Source: a virus (taxonomy: Duplodnaviria; Caudoviricetes). From it: DNA of 43,197 bases. The stretch covers positions 1 through 43,197 of IMG/VR virus record IMGVR_UViG_3300034388_000016; one strand, written 5' to 3'. Below, one piece after another: positions 42,788 to 43,197 of the stretch. The translations under genes and the position numbers were made by a program. How positions within the stretch are numbered: the stretch's first letter is position 1; the number at the start of each line of letters is the position of its first letter. A model generated the notes under the pieces. That model worked only from the letters and a program-made list of their open reading frames with translations. It made no database searches and was not told the origin of the DNA.

Positions 42788-43197
42788 ATGCCGCAAGCAC
42801 AAACCATCAAGTTCCATTTCAAGAGCCGTGCCATCAAGGATGAATCGGGCGTGACCATTGGTCGTACCAAGAAGCAGCCCTCGCTGGATGCAAGCATGCC
42901 CATCCCGGCAGCTGACGAGATCATCAGTTACTTGGCTGTTCCTGACAGCGCAGTTGCCAAGCTGATCTCTGATGCTGTTGCTCAGGTGGTCATCAACGCT
43001 GCTCGTGACCAGTTCGATGAAGTCATCGAGAGCTTCGGCGATGATGACAGCAAGGAAGTCTCGGTCAACATGCTTGACTACGACAAGCTGTCGCTGGAAT
43101 ACATCGCAAGCATCCCGCCGACTCAGCGTGGCTCTTCTGCTCTGACCGAGGATGACTGGAACAACTTCTTCGCTGACTACTTGGCCGTCATGGTGCA
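42788..43197 (+). CDS. Hypothetical protein, 213 aa, 5' part (join 42788..43070,1..359)
   Basis: GGAGA RBS then ATG at 42788 (MPQAQTIKFHFKSR...); open frame to the contig end, in frame with 3..359; missed by the ORF track. Confidence 0.9.
   Translation, partial: MPQAQTIKFHFKSRAIKDESGVTIGRTKKQPSLDASMPIPAADEIISYLAVPDSAVAKLISDAVAQVVINAARDQFDEVIESFGDDDSKEVSVNMLDYDKLSLEYIASIPPTQRGSSALTEDDWNNFFADYLAVMV
43071..43197. repeat. Exact 127-bp terminal overlap, copy 2
   Basis: Identical to 1-127. Confidence 0.97.

Larger units (their letters stand above)
1..43197. mobile_element. Complete bacteriophage genome (Caudoviricetes, podovirus-like, probably lytic), 43,070 bp circularised
   Basis: Terminase, portal, capsid, internal virion, lysis and replication genes are all present; exact terminal overlap; no host housekeeping genes, integrase or long-tail genes. 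Confidence 0.95.

Overview
The window is one complete, circularly permuted tailed-phage genome of 43,070 bp. Bases 1-127 are repeated exactly at 43071-43197 and split a gene, which fits an assembly overlap. The layout is podovirus-like and apparently lytic, with two arms that diverge from an AT-rich gap (~37.2-38.0 kb) and converge on a bidirectional terminator at ~11.6 kb. The + arm (38.0 kb through the contig junction to 11.6 kb) carries early and replication genes: an AP2-like protein, a RecD/Dda-like SF1B helicase, a Cas4/AddB-like nuclease, a Sak4/AAA_24 ATPase, an SSB-like protein, a family A DNA polymerase, a DUF3987-like NTPase, a mosaic accessory block and a MazG/PRA-PH pyrophosphohydrolase. 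The - arm (37.2 to 11.7 kb) carries TerS, TerL, portal, scaffold, capsid, adaptor, tail fibres, two holin-like genes, an M15 endolysin, a nozzle and three internal virion proteins. I saw no integrase, RNA polymerase, primase, tRNA, CRISPR array or reverse transcriptase. The most unusual signals are regulatory. (1) Two uncharacterised, possibly paralogous ~215-aa genes each have their own promoter and a 5' leader that can fold as an H-type pseudoknot. (2) Three late-arm promoter candidates share ATTAG-N26/27-(-10 box) and have weak -35 boxes. (3) CGCCGGCG/CGGCGCCG octamers are in excess, and the first early gene encodes an AP2-like domain. (4) GNRA hairpins sit just upstream of two terminators. 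(5) A 110-nt rod hairpin, a structured SSB leader and a 16-bp-period array are also present. All family calls come from motif recognition by eye, not from database searches.
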